Shown: positions 23,153-34,007, numbered from the stretch's first letter. The stretch is 64,000 bases of DNA from Opitutales bacterium (GCA_965226885.1 CBDDEL010000017.1:704001-768000), one strand, 5' to 3'. Program-made: numbers and translations. Notes: generated from the letters alone by a model not told the origin.

Positions 23153-25039
23153 ATGAAACAACAGAATAGGGATTCCAACAGCACGTCCTTAGCCGACCAG
23201 CGACTCGCCGAAGGCAAGCGGCAGACGGAAACTCTGCCGGATAAGCGACATATCAGCTACGGAAGCGAGATTCCCAGCCTCCACTACGCAGATCAACCCT
23301 ACATTGTGAAGACAAATGACGGTGCTTGGCTATGCGTCATGACCACGGGATCGGGAAAAGAAGGAGAGCAAGGCCAACACGTGATCTCTTTGCGAAGCAT
23401 GGACTGCGGGAAGACCTGGGAAGATCCCGTACCCATGGAGCCGCCCGGCGGGCCAGAAGCCTCCTGGGCCGTTGCTCTCACCGCGCCTTCCGGCCGCATC
23501 TATGCCTTCTATATCCACAACACAGATAACAGACGCGAATTGAAGGCGGATAACCCGCCCTATTCGAGCGGTTACACCCAACGTATGGATTCATTTGGGT
23601 ATTATGTTCTCAAATACAGTGACGATCATGGCCGCAGTTGGTCCGACAAGCGCTATACCATTCCGGTCCGTGAATTTGAGATCGATCGCAAAAATGTATA
23701 CCAGGGCAAAATCCGGTTTTTCTGGAACGTGGGTCGGCCATTCACTTTTGAGGGAACAGCGTTTCTTCCCATTCATAAAGTAGGAGGCTTTGGAGAGGGG
23801 TGGTTCACAGCGTCCGAAGGCGCTCTTCTGGCGAGCCAAAACCTTCTTCTCGCCGACGATCCCGACAAGATCGAGTGGGAGACCCTGCCCGATGGCGAGG
23901 TCGGTCTGCAGGCGCCACCGGGAGGCGGGCCCATTGCCGAAGAACAGAGTTTCACGGTTCTAAGCGATGGAACCCTATATTGCGTCTACCGTACCATCGA
24001 GGGGTATTCCGTCTGCACCTACAGTTACGATGGGGGCCATACCTGGACCGAGCCTGAGTACACAACCTATGCCGACGGCCGGCGGATGAAGCATCCCCGC
24101 GCCGCTAATTTCGCCTGGCGGTGCCAGAACGGTAAGTTCCTATACTGGTTTCATAATCACGGCGGGCGGCAGATTCGCGAACATCCACAACGGAGGACCA
24201 TCTCCTACCAGGATCGCAATCCGGTATGGCTCAGCGGTGGCACTGAAACCGCCACTCCGGAAGGGAAACGGATCCAGTGGTCGCAACCGGAAATCGTCCT
24301 CTATGAGGATGACCCCTACATCCGAATCAGCTATCCCGACCTCATCGAGGAGAAGGGCTGCTATTATCTCAGCGAAACGCAAAAGTTTATCGCCCGGGTG
24401 CACGAGGTCGATCCTGTGCTTCTTCAAGGGATGTGGAATTCATTCGAGGCCAAAGGAATCGCCGAAGAAGGCCTTATCCTGAATCTGTCCGAGGAGTCCG
24501 GAATAAAAACGGCTGGGATACCTGCCCCGGAACTCCCACATTTCAATGAGCGCGATAACACTGGCCACGGTTACGGGACGCGCGACCTGCGTCAGGGATT
24601 CACACTCGACGTGTCGTTCGCGTTGGAATTCCTTGATCCCGGGCAAGTCCTGATCGAAAACCACCGCGACGACGGCAAAGGCCTCTGCCTGCAGACGACA
24701 AATAATGGTACCATCGAGATCGTCCTCAACGATGGGCGAACCGAAAACCGATGGGACTGCGATCCCGATTGTTTGGAGGCGGAAAAAAGCCATCACCTAA
24801 CAGTCATCGTTGACGGTGGTCCGAAGATCATCTCCTTTGTCGTAGACGGCAAGTTCTGTGATGGTGGTGAATACCGACAGTTCGGATGGGGTCGATTCAG
24901 CCCGCATCTGAGAGAGGCCAACGGTGGTGATACGTTACGCATCGGCGAAAATGTGAAAGGCGCGATTCACTCATTACGCATCTATACCCGCGCCCTACGC
25001 ACCGCCGAGGCAGTTAGCAATTTCAACGTCAACCGATGA
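23153..25039 (+). CDS. BNR/Asp-box (sialidase-like) protein with C-terminal LamG-like domain
   Basis: Asp boxes SMDCGKTW, SDDHGRSW, SYDGGHTW; ISYPD; C-terminal LRIYTRAL. Confidence 0.85.
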   Translation: MKQQNRDSNSTSLADQRLAEGKRQTETLPDKRHISYGSEIPSLHYADQPYIVKTNDGAWLCVMTTGSGKEGEQGQHVISLRSMDCGKTWEDPVPMEPPGGPEASWAVALTAPSGRIYAFYIHNTDNRRELKADNPPYSSGYTQRMDSFGYYVLKYSDDHGRSWSDKRYTIPVREFEIDRKNVYQGKIRFFWNVGRPFTFEGTAFLPIHKVGGFGEGWFTASEGALLASQNLLLADDPDKIEWETLPDGEVGLQAPPGGGPIAEEQSFTVLSDGTLYCVYRTIEGYSVCTYSYDGGHTWTEPEYTTYADGRRMKHPRAANFAWRCQNGKFLYWFHNHGGRQIREHPQRRTISYQDRNPVWLSGGTETATPEGKRIQWSQPEIVLYEDDPYIRISYPDLIEEKGCYYLSETQKFIARVHEVDPVLLQGMWNSFEAKGIAEEGLILNLSEESGIKTAGIPAPELPHFNERDNTGHGYGTRDLRQGFTLDVSFALEFLDPGQVLIENHRDDGKGLCLQTTNNGTIEIVLNDGRTENRWDCDPDCLEAEKSHHLTVIVDGGPKIISFVVDGKFCDGGEYRQFGWGRFSPHLREANGGDTLRIGENVKGAIHSLRIYTRALRTAEAVSNFNVNR

Positions 25040-25176
25040 GGATGTCTGAAATTTGCAACTGTCTGTCTGGATTCTGAACGGCTTTAGCCTTTTCTTTAAT
25101 CTAATTGGAGGTACCTTCAATAACTATGACAGTTTCTACCAAACGTTCATCTCCGACAACAAGGAGATCATAACTA

Positions 25177-25474
25177 GAGGCTGTCCCAAAGTTATAACCA
25201 TTTGTTTTACAGTAAGTTAACTTGTTAGTAAAGCTGTCATAAAGACCGTTTTTAGGGGATTTTGGGCAATTTCGATGTCTATAACACCGTCAGCCTTTCT
25301 CTTGTTTTGCATATTCAAATACAATTCTACCATAGACCTCTGTCTGACGCGATTATATTTATAACGAATAGAGGCCTTATACAGCGTTTTTGACGGAATT
25401 GAATGACTTACGTTCCCTTACAGTTCGGAGTCGAATATCTCAATTCGCAAAATTCGGGTTTTTGGGACAGCCTC
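25177..25474 (+). mobile_element. MITE copy 1 (298 bp), TSD TAACTA
   Basis: GAGGCTGTCCCAAA...TTTGGGACAGCCTC ends, AT-rich non-coding interior, 5 copies in the window. Strand is an arbitrary orientation label. Confidence 0.93.
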
Positions 25475-25480
25475 TAACTA

Positions 25481-27304
25481 GAGGCTGTCCCAAAAATATA
25501 AAGATTTTGTAGTCAACTGGATGACGTTTATAAAAATAGCCAGAAAGAGCATTTTTTTGCTCGATCCGGCTAAAAAAGGGTTCTATAATTGCGTTAGCGA
25601 AAATCAATATAGCCCTTTCTATGAAAAATATAGCCATCCAATGCCTCCTGCGTCCAGCTTTAACTGTGGTCGACCGTTGCCTCGATTACGATAACTTTCG
25701 CGCCACCATCGAGCGTATCGACCGGCTGCTGATCGATTCGGAGGTGGAATCGCAGGGCGTTGATCTGGCCTTGGAAAGAGGCCAGCCAATGAGTGTAAAG
25801 GCCCGGCAAAAGCGGGCTAATTTTGCCCTCAAGGCGTTGCGTATGGAAACGCTGCGTTATCTGCTCGGTGGGATTTCGTTTCGGCATTTGTCGAGGGCTC
25901 TGGGCAGCAGCGATCTGTTGGCTGACTTTTGTCGTGTCCGCCATATCGACGGCATAAGGGGCATCTCCAAGAGCACCCTGGAACGGGCCTCGAAGTTTTT
26001 CAGCGAAAAGCAGTTGAGGGCCTTGCACCGGACCTTGACTGAGGTTGTGGGCGATGCCGATCTGGCCCGGCAGGTGGTGGGATTGGACAAGCCGATAGAC
26101 ACCACCATTTGCCTGATCGACGGCACCTGTTTGGAGGTCAACATTCATTGGCCGACGGACTGGGTGCTGCTCAAGGATGTAGCGGGCACGCTGCTCAAAG
26201 CGATCCGGCTGATCCGTGAGAAGGCCGGTTTGCGCCATCGCATGCCGATCGAACCGGAGCCCTTGGCTCGGCAGATGAATCGGCTGTGCATACAGATGAC
26301 CCACAGCCGGCGGCGAAAGGACAGCGCGCGGCAACGCAAGGGTATCTTGAGGCAGATGAAAAAGCTGCTCAAACGGATCGGGGAGCATGCCCGCAGTCAC
26401 CGGGAATTATTGCAAGCCTGCTGGGAGCAAAGCGATTACAGCGAAAAACAGGTCCAACAGATCCTTACCCGGATGGAGCGCATGAGCGAGCTAATCCCGG
26501 TGGTCATCAAGCAAGCGCACGAGCGAATCATTGGCGGCCGCCAGGTGAAAAACGCAGAGAAAGTTTTGAGTGTTTACGAACCCGATGCGCAGGTGATTGT
26601 GCGAGGCAAAGCGGGCCAAGAGGTTGAGTTTGGCAACACCCTGTTTTTGGGTGAAAGCGTTGAAGGATACCTGCTGGACTGGAAACTCTACGGCAGCCGG
26701 ACGCCAAGCGAAAATGAACAAATGCAAGAGAGTTTGCAAAGACAGAACCGCTTCAACCTAGCCGAACCCATAGCGGCCATGTGCGCGGACCGGGGATTCG
26801 CCTCCCAGCGGGCCCGCCGGCAGTTAGCCCAGGAGGGCATCTACGATGCGCTCTGTCCACGCGATCCGAAGCAGTTGAAAAAACGGATGGAGGAACCACA
26901 CTTCAGGCAATTGCAAAAGCGCCGGGCCAGCACCGAAGGGCGGATCGGGGTATTGAAGAATCGCTGGCAGGCCGGGCGATTGCGCAGCAAAGGCTTTGCC
27001 AACCGCTCGATCAGCGTAGCCTGGTCGGTCCTCTCGCACAATCTATGGAAAGTGGCCAAGATGCTGGCCCAGCAAGATGAACTAAAAACCAAAGCGGCGG
27101 CCTAAATAAAGAGCGGAAAAGCAAGGACAATACTTTTTCACAGGCCTACTGTCGGCCCATACAAAGAAAACCAGGCAAACGGACCCCAAAACCAGAATCC
27201 TAACGTCATAGGAGAGCAAAGTCACCCCCTCCCAAAAGAAAATACCACTAAAATGAACACTCTTCAAAAAACACTCGCAAAAATCACCCTTTTGGGACAG
27301 CCTC
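25481..27304 (+). mobile_element. IS5-like element copy 2 (1824 bp), TSD TAACTA
   Basis: Same IRs; separated from the MITE by a single TAACTA. Confidence 0.95.
25621..27105 (+). CDS. IS5-like DDE transposase (494 aa)
   Basis: Near-identical to 17803..19287. Confidence 0.9.
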   Translation: MKNIAIQCLLRPALTVVDRCLDYDNFRATIERIDRLLIDSEVESQGVDLALERGQPMSVKARQKRANFALKALRMETLRYLLGGISFRHLSRALGSSDLLADFCRVRHIDGIRGISKSTLERASKFFSEKQLRALHRTLTEVVGDADLARQVVGLDKPIDTTICLIDGTCLEVNIHWPTDWVLLKDVAGTLLKAIRLIREKAGLRHRMPIEPEPLARQMNRLCIQMTHSRRRKDSARQRKGILRQMKKLLKRIGEHARSHRELLQACWEQSDYSEKQVQQILTRMERMSELIPVVIKQAHERIIGGRQVKNAEKVLSVYEPDAQVIVRGKAGQEVEFGNTLFLGESVEGYLLDWKLYGSRTPSENEQMQESLQRQNRFNLAEPIAAMCADRGFASQRARRQLAQEGIYDALCPRDPKQLKKRMEEPHFRQLQKRRASTEGRIGVLKNRWQAGRLRSKGFANRSISVAWSVLSHNLWKVAKMLAQQDELKTKAAA

Positions 27305-27310
27305 TAACTA

Positions 27311-28597
27311 ATGTCTACATTTCGAGCCAGTACCCAAGAAGGCCCGCTCCCCTACGCGGAGGAGTGGCGCAGAACATGCCCGGACTATGTGGTGTATCAT
27401 CCGGCTCCGGACGGAAATCCACGATGGGACGATGAGGATTTCACGGTTCTCAACGAACAGACAATTATTGTCGCTACAAAAAACGGGGATCTGCTTGCTA
27501 CGTGGACCGGACACGGGCCATTCAAGTCATGGATTCTTAGACTATTTTCCAGCCGAAGCAATGACGGTGGCAAAAGCTGGACCCAACCTATGCTAATTGC
27601 TGGCAGCAAGGGAGACAGAGCGGGATGGCAAGTGCCCGTAATCATCCCGTCGGGTCGCATTTACCTTTTTTACTGTAAATATGTACCGGCGCCCAGTACC
27701 CGCATGGCCCACTTGGCCTGCCGGGTTTCAGACGACGACGGACGCAGCTGGGGCTCCGAAGTGCTACTACCGATGAAACGACGATCGATAGACCATCCCG
27801 ATCCCAATATACCGGTCGCCTGGCTTGGCTGGCGGCAGGTCGAATGGGACGCCCAAGGGCGGGCACTCTTTCCCTTTACCCGGTTCGACAGCAAACTAGC
27901 TTCCGAGGAAAGGCCTAAAGAATGGTGCCAGAGCGAGGTTATCCGATTTGAGAATATCGCCGAAGGCCCTGATCCGTCAGACTTGCAGATAACTTGGCTT
28001 CCCGAAGGTAAAGGCGAGGCTCTGACTGTACCTTCCAATATGCCCGGGTTGAAATGGGCGAACGAGTCGAATCCGATTCCGCTTCCAGACGGTCGTATAT
28101 TTATCTCTCTCCGCACACGCCTTGGGCAAGTGTGGTATAGTGTTAGCGATGATGATGGAGCAACTTTCAGGCAACCAGAAGTGATGCGCGACCAAGATGG
28201 AGGGGCTCCTATTCTAAACCCCTCCGATAACGCACCTCTATACAGGCTATCCGATGGAAGATATCTTTTGTTTTACCATGATAACGATGGGAATGCCTTC
28301 AATACGATAGATGTCCACGACACCCGAAACAGGCGACCATGCTACGTGTCGGTGGGCGCGTTTCGCCCCGAAGCGCATCAACCGATTTGGTGGAGTAAGC
28401 CGAAACTTTTTATCGACATCGACGACGTGCCTATTGATGTCGGCTTTTCCGTTCCCCGCTACGAGGCGATTGACTACTGCGGATTCACGGAGATCAACGG
28501 CGAAGCTGTTCTGTGGTATCCTGATCGAAAGCACTTCATTCTTGGGAAGCGAATCAGCGAGGCGTTTCTTTCCGACATGCACCCTTCTGAGCCTTAG
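27311..28597 (+). CDS. BNR/Asp-box sialidase-like protein
   Basis: Asp boxes SNDGGKSW, SDDDGRSW, SDDDGATF. Confidence 0.85.
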   Translation: MSTFRASTQEGPLPYAEEWRRTCPDYVVYHPAPDGNPRWDDEDFTVLNEQTIIVATKNGDLLATWTGHGPFKSWILRLFSSRSNDGGKSWTQPMLIAGSKGDRAGWQVPVIIPSGRIYLFYCKYVPAPSTRMAHLACRVSDDDGRSWGSEVLLPMKRRSIDHPDPNIPVAWLGWRQVEWDAQGRALFPFTRFDSKLASEERPKEWCQSEVIRFENIAEGPDPSDLQITWLPEGKGEALTVPSNMPGLKWANESNPIPLPDGRIFISLRTRLGQVWYSVSDDDGATFRQPEVMRDQDGGAPILNPSDNAPLYRLSDGRYLLFYHDNDGNAFNTIDVHDTRNRRPCYVSVGAFRPEAHQPIWWSKPKLFIDIDDVPIDVGFSVPRYEAIDYCGFTEINGEAVLWYPDRKHFILGKRISEAFLSDMHPSEP

Positions 28598-28605
28598 GCT
28601 AAGGA

Positions 28606-30612
28606 GTGAGGACCCCGAAGAAAGATAACCAACAAAATAGTAAAGCTTGGGAGCTGGATAAGCAAATGCCGGAACGAGGGCCCATTCTGCGGTATTATGT
28701 TCCCCCTGAAACGCGTGAGGAGCACCTTGCAGAATGTATGGCCACCTGCAAAGCCTGTGGATTTAAGGAAGTGTCGCTCTTTACGACACTTTATAACGCC
28801 TGGTATCTTGAAGAAACTCAATTCGAAAGGCAATTGATGCCCCATCTTCAGTCCTGCGCAGAAGCCATCCGCGCTGCGGGATTGATCTTCACTCTAAACG
28901 TTTTTCACACCTTGGGGCATGTGCGTGTGCCGCAAGAAATCGTAGAGAGGTTTGGATTTGAGCGACAGATTACCATGGATGGCAAATGGGCCGTGCATCC
29001 GGTGCTGGACCCACGTTGTTCCAAATTGCGCCGGCACCTGAGACGGGTCTATGCCCGTTATGCCTCACTACAGCCGAGGCTGATGTTCTTGGATGACGAT
29101 TTTCATGTGAAGCTTGAAACTGCGTTTCATTCTGGTCGGGTGGAGGAAGCTGCCCAGCAGTTGGGCTGTGCGCCGACACGCGAAGCGGTGGTGAGTTTGG
29201 TTCAAAGCAGTGATCCGGAAAAATCTAATCGAGCCTGTCAGATCATGCTGGACCTGGCAACACGGGACCTGGAGGATTTCGCAAAGGTCATACAGGAAGC
29301 GGTGCATGCCGTTGCACCGCGGACGCGGCTTGGATTGATGTTTCCTGATAGTGTGGTCATTGACGTGGGGCGGGTAGCACGGGCCCTGGCGGGTCCGCAT
29401 CAGCCCTTCGTTCGCCCGCAGGTTACGTTATATCGGGAGGAAAAGGCCTTGTATGATTACCCTGCGGCCTTTTGGTCGGTGACCAAGTGGAAAGCAAGGC
29501 TGGGGGAAGACTTTGAGTTTTATCCGGAATGTGAGAACTGCCCCTATAATGATTGCAGCAAGTCAGGGCCGGCCGTATATGCACATCTGGCGACCATTTT
29601 CGCGCGAGGAGAAAGTGCTCCGGCAACCAGTCTGAATAGTAATAATTACGGGGAAATTCCCGCGGGGGAATCCCGACGAATAGTGCACTATGTGGCTCAA
29701 AGAAAAAATCAGATCCAACAGATCGCTCGACTGCTGGATGGCACGACGCAACCTGCCGGCATTGGAGTCTGGTCCAGGCAAAACATAAATCTGGAATTAC
29801 TGGGTTTGCCTTTCGATGCGACACGAAATGTGCAGGATGCGGTGATTCATTTCGGCAATGCGCTTTCGGGGTGCTCCGATGAACAGGTACACCAAGTGGT
29901 AGACCGAGGCGGCGTGTTTGATGTGGACTCGCTGCGAATACTGGAGGAAAGAAATCTCCTTTCATCGCTGGGTTGTGAAATGGGTCCTGCGTGCAATCTA
30001 TACGACCTTGGCGGTATTCATTTTGATCGCATGGATCAACTCGGGCAAAAGGTTTGGGACCTGTATTATTTTATCCGTGCCCTTCCGGTATCCGGCTGTC
30101 CTGTTTCCATTGAAATCTCTAACGCTGAGATTCGAAACTGGATTCACGGGGTTTCCGGCAAACCACTGGTGCCTTTGTCGTTAAAATGGACATCCCCGAA
30201 CGGAGGGCGTTTTGCCTTTATCAATTTTTCCTACCGGTTGTGGCCGATCTATTCCTGGCTGCACCCTTGGTTTCCGCCGTTATTGAGTGACCTGATTAGC
30301 TGGGTGAGTGGGAAGCCGCTTCCCGTCCAAGTTGAACAGCGGGCCCGAGTTGCTGTTCAGATATGTCGACTTCCCGACAAAAACGCTGCTTTGATTACTG
30401 TTATCAATTACAGCACTGGGCCCTACGAGGATGTTCCCTTACAACTGGGGCCGGAATTTGCAACCTCGGCGTTTTGTGAAATCAAAGCTGACGGCTCCGA
30501 ACGTTCACTTACAGCGGAAGTCACCGCTGACAAGGTTATGTTGCATATCCCTGGTCCCGTTCCTTGCCTGGATGTGCGCTTTGTTGTTGCCCAAAAACGG
30601 AAGACTCGATGA
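28606..30612 (+). CDS. Uncharacterised 668-aa protein, possibly a TIM-barrel glycoside hydrolase
   Basis: AAGGAG RBS; HTLGH, LDPRC, LMFLDDDF, YPECEN motifs; carbohydrate-gene context. Function is a guess. Confidence 0.6.
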   Translation: MRTPKKDNQQNSKAWELDKQMPERGPILRYYVPPETREEHLAECMATCKACGFKEVSLFTTLYNAWYLEETQFERQLMPHLQSCAEAIRAAGLIFTLNVFHTLGHVRVPQEIVERFGFERQITMDGKWAVHPVLDPRCSKLRRHLRRVYARYASLQPRLMFLDDDFHVKLETAFHSGRVEEAAQQLGCAPTREAVVSLVQSSDPEKSNRACQIMLDLATRDLEDFAKVIQEAVHAVAPRTRLGLMFPDSVVIDVGRVARALAGPHQPFVRPQVTLYREEKALYDYPAAFWSVTKWKARLGEDFEFYPECENCPYNDCSKSGPAVYAHLATIFARGESAPATSLNSNNYGEIPAGESRRIVHYVAQRKNQIQQIARLLDGTTQPAGIGVWSRQNINLELLGLPFDATRNVQDAVIHFGNALSGCSDEQVHQVVDRGGVFDVDSLRILEERNLLSSLGCEMGPACNLYDLGGIHFDRMDQLGQKVWDLYYFIRALPVSGCPVSIEISNAEIRNWIHGVSGKPLVPLSLKWTSPNGGRFAFINFSYRLWPIYSWLHPWFPPLLSDLISWVSGKPLPVQVEQRARVAVQICRLPDKNAALITVINYSTGPYEDVPLQLGPEFATSAFCEIKADGSERSLTAEVTADKVMLHIPGPVPCLDVRFVVAQKRKTR

Positions 30613-31424
30613 AAGGATAATTATAACCACCTTCCCGGTCGGCTCCGCCGCCAAAAAGCAATTTCCGATCAGTTTGGCTCAAAAAGCTCAGGCCATCCAC
30701 ATTGACCACGAAATGAACCCAATCTTTCGGCTCAAAACTCAAGGGAGCGCTGGAGACGAATATACATCTATCGGTTTCATCAATTAACTGTGCTTCTACT
30801 TTAGAGGCTGTCCCAAAAACCCGAATTTTGCGAATTGAGATATTTGACTCCGAACTGTAAGGGAACGTAAGTCATTCAATTCCGTCAAAAACGCTGTATA
30901 AGGCCTCTTTTCGTTATAAATATAATCGCGTCAGACAGAGGTCTATGGTAGAATTGTATTTGAATATGCAAAACAAGAGAAAGGCTGACGGTGTTATAGA
31001 CATCGAATTTGCCCAAAATCCCCTAAAAACGGTCTTTATGACAGCTTTATAAACAAGTTAACTTACTGTAAAACAAATGGTTATAACTTTGGTACAGCCT
31101 CTACTTTACCTTCGTTCCCAAGACCAATCCAGACGCCTTGGCCTTTTTCGTTTCTGAGGTCAATGATGGTTTGACCGGCTTCCAATCCATCAAATGCGAC
31201 CTGTGCTTCAATGGCAAATGATCCTCCATCCTTCAATTTCTTGAACCGTTTGAAGGTTTCACCCAATTCAACCTTCAAGGGCGCGTTGGTATCATCGAAG
31301 AGTATGTATCGCGATTCTTCATTGATGAATGCAGCCACAGAACCGTCCTGACTCTTGATGAGGGTGGCTCCGGTTATGGCTTGATCGATGTCTTCAATGA
31401 CATCGCTTGATCGATGCACACCTA
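30613..31424 (-). pseudogene. LamG-like domain remnant (resembles C-terminus of 23153..25039), split by MITE and truncated by IS
   Basis: SFAIEAQVAFDGLEAGQTIIDLRNEKGQGV..GKVE | ..WVHFVVNVDG. Left boundary approximate. Confidence 0.6.
30804..31101 (-). mobile_element. MITE copy 2 (298 bp), 7-bp TSD TACTTTA
   Basis: Reverse complement of copy 1; one IR carries a G>T change (GGTACAGCCTC). Confidence 0.92.
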
Positions 31425-33221
31425 GAGGCTGTCCCAAAAGGGTGATTTTTGCGAGGGGATTTTGAAGAGTGTTCATTTTAGTGGTATTTTCTTTTGGGAG
31501 GGGGTGACTTTGCTCTCCTATGACGTTAGGATTCTGGTTTTGGGGTCCGTTTGCCTGGTTTTCTTTGTATGGGCCGACAGTAGGCCTGTGAAAAAGTATT
31601 GTCCTTGCTTTTCCGCTCTTTATTTAGGCCGCCGCTTTGGTTTTTAGTTCATCTTGCTGGGCCAGCATCTTGGCCACTTTCCATAGATTGTGCGAGAGGA
31701 CCGACCAGGCTACGCTGATCGAGCGCCCGGCCTGCCAGCGATTCTTCAATACCCCGATCCGCCCTTCGGTGCTGGCCCGACGCTTTTGCAATTGCCTGAA
31801 GTGTGGTTCCTTCATCCGTTTTTTCAACTGCTTCGGATCGCGTGGACAGAGCGCATCGTAGATGCCCTCCTGGGCTAACTGCCGGCGGGCCCGCTGGGAG
31901 GCGAATCCCCGGTCCGCGCACATGGCCGCTATGGGTTCGGCTAGGTTGAAGCGGTTCTGTCTTTGCAAACTCTCTTGCATTTGTTCATTTTCGCTTGGCG
32001 TCCGGCTGCCGTAGAGTTTCCAGTCCAGCAGGTATCCTTCAACGCTTTCACCCAAAAACAGGGTGTTGCCAAACTCAACCTCTTGGCCCGCTTTGCCGCG
32101 CACAATCACCTGCGCATCGGGTTCGTAAACACTCAAAACTTTCTCTGCGTTTTTCACCTGGCGGCCGCCAATGATTCGCTCGTGCGCTTGCTTGATGACC
32201 ACCGGGATTAGCTCGCTCATGCGCTCCATCCGGGTAAGGATCTGTTGGACCTGTTTTTCGCTGTAATCGCTTTGCTCCCAGCAGGCTTGCAATAATTCCC
32301 GGTGACTGCGGGCATGCTCCCCGATCCGTTTGAGCAGCTTTTTCATCTGCCTCAAGATACCCTTGCGTTGCCGCGCGCTGTCCTTTCGCCGCCGGCTGTG
32401 GGTCATCTGTATGCACAGCCGATTCATCTGCCGAGCCAAGGGCTCCGGTTCGATCGGCATGCGATGGCGCAAACCGGCCTTCTCACGGATCAGCCGGATC
32501 GCTTTGAGCAGCGTGCCCGCTACATCCTTGAGCAGCACCCAGTCCGTCGGCCAATGAATGTTGACCTCCAAACAGGTGCCGTCGATCAGGCAAATGGTGG
32601 TGTCTATCGGCTTGTCCAATCCCACCACCTGCCGGGCCAGATCGGCATCGCCCACAACCTCAGTCAAGGTCCGGTGCAAGGCCCTCAACTGCTCTTCGCT
32701 GAAAAACTTCGAGGCCCGTTCCAGGGTGCTCTTGGAGATGCCCCTTATGCCGTCGATATGGCGGACACGACAAAAGTCAGCCAACAGATCGCTGCTGCCC
32801 AGAGCCCTCGACAAATGCCGAAACGAAATCCCACCGAGCAGATAACGCAGCGTTTCCATACGCAACGCCTTGAGGGCAAAATTAGCCCGCTTTTGCCGGG
32901 CCTTTACACTCATTGGCTGGCCTCTTTCCAAGGCCAGATCAACGCCCTGCGATTCCACCTCCGAATCGATCAGCAGCCGGTCGATACGCTCGATGGTGGC
33001 GCGAAAGTTATCGTAATCGAGGCAACGGTCGACCACAGTTAAAGCTGGACGCAGGAGGCATTGGATGGCTATATTTTTCATAGAAAGGGCTATATTGATT
33101 TTCGCTAACGCAATTATAGAACCCTTTTTTAGCCGGATCGAGCAAAAAAATGCTCTTTCCGGCTATTTTTATAAACGTCATCCAGTTGACTACAAAATCT
33201 TTATATTTTTGGGACAGCCTC
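31425..33221 (-). mobile_element. IS5-like element copy 3 (1797 bp, 27-bp internal deletion), no matching TSD
   Basis: Same IRs; flanks CACCTA / TACTTG. Confidence 0.94.
31624..33081 (-). CDS. IS5-like transposase, 485 aa (lacks LRSKGFANR)
   Basis: 9-aa in-frame deletion relative to the other four copies. Confidence 0.88.
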   Translation of the reverse strand: MKNIAIQCLLRPALTVVDRCLDYDNFRATIERIDRLLIDSEVESQGVDLALERGQPMSVKARQKRANFALKALRMETLRYLLGGISFRHLSRALGSSDLLADFCRVRHIDGIRGISKSTLERASKFFSEEQLRALHRTLTEVVGDADLARQVVGLDKPIDTTICLIDGTCLEVNIHWPTDWVLLKDVAGTLLKAIRLIREKAGLRHRMPIEPEPLARQMNRLCIQMTHSRRRKDSARQRKGILRQMKKLLKRIGEHARSHRELLQACWEQSDYSEKQVQQILTRMERMSELIPVVIKQAHERIIGGRQVKNAEKVLSVYEPDAQVIVRGKAGQEVEFGNTLFLGESVEGYLLDWKLYGSRTPSENEQMQESLQRQNRFNLAEPIAAMCADRGFASQRARRQLAQEGIYDALCPRDPKQLKKRMKEPHFRQLQKRRASTEGRIGVLKNRWQAGRSISVAWSVLSHNLWKVAKMLAQQDELKTKAAA

Positions 33222-33469
33222 TACTTGGGAACAATATCCGAATCTTTGCCGTTTCCACTTTCTGCAAACCCGGAACCAGTTTGCTCACCTGTATTTTTAT
33301 CGAAAGTGCCGGCGCTGGATTCACTGCTCTGCCAGTCGAAACGCAGACCGCCCACAAATATCACCTTGCCATCCATAAACGAGATATTGTCCTGTACGCC
33401 CCAGGCAAAAATGAACCCGATACTCTTAAAACTGCTACTCCCCGCCGCGAGGGGGATGATCAAGTTCAA
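33222..33469 (-). pseudogene. TonB-dependent receptor internal fragment
   Basis: WGVQDNISFMDGKVIFVGGLRFD..PK parallels WTVQDQFSFWEGRIHGVAGVRFD..PR in the 13026 ORF; cut by IS. Confidence 0.65.
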
Positions 33470-33945
33470 TGATGCGGAGCCATCGGAGGATGGTCTTTAG
33501 CTTCGTCCTCCTTCGACTGGAATGGGTTTCCGGACTGCTGCCAGGCGATAAAGCCTCCATCCAGATGGTATAGCTGCTTAAATCCCAATTTTGTCATTAA
33601 GGTTTCAGCGCGGCGGCTGCGGCCTATGGGCAAACCTGCCGCGCAGTGCAGCAAATAGGATTTTCCTTTATCAAGCTGACTGATTTTTTCCTCGAAAGCA
33701 TCGTCAGCAATATTGATATTCACGGCGCCCTCTATGTGGCCGGTGGAATATTCCTGCGGCGTCCTCACATCCAAAACGATCACATCTTTTTCAGCCGATA
33801 ACAATTCCAGCGCTTGGGCGGCATCCAGACTCGAAGATTTGGTTTCTCTGGGGCCAGCATCAAGTTCAGCTGATTTTTCCGCCACAGCGAATGGACTCGA
33901 CCCGAACAATACAGTGATGATTATTAGTAGGTTTGTGAATTTCAT
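33466..33945 (-). CDS. Exported rhodanese-like domain protein
   Basis: Signal peptide; LDVRTPQEYSTGHIEGA, HCAAG, LDGGFIAW. Confidence 0.9.
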   Translation of the reverse strand: MKFTNLLIIITVLFGSSPFAVAEKSAELDAGPRETKSSSLDAAQALELLSAEKDVIVLDVRTPQEYSTGHIEGAVNINIADDAFEEKISQLDKGKSYLLHCAAGLPIGRSRRAETLMTKLGFKQLYHLDGGFIAWQQSGNPFQSKEDEAKDHPPMAPHH

Positions 33946-34007
33946 TTTTCAATCTGCGGTGTCTGCATTATAATTATCTTACTTAAATCATTGGTTTGGG
34001 CACAGGT

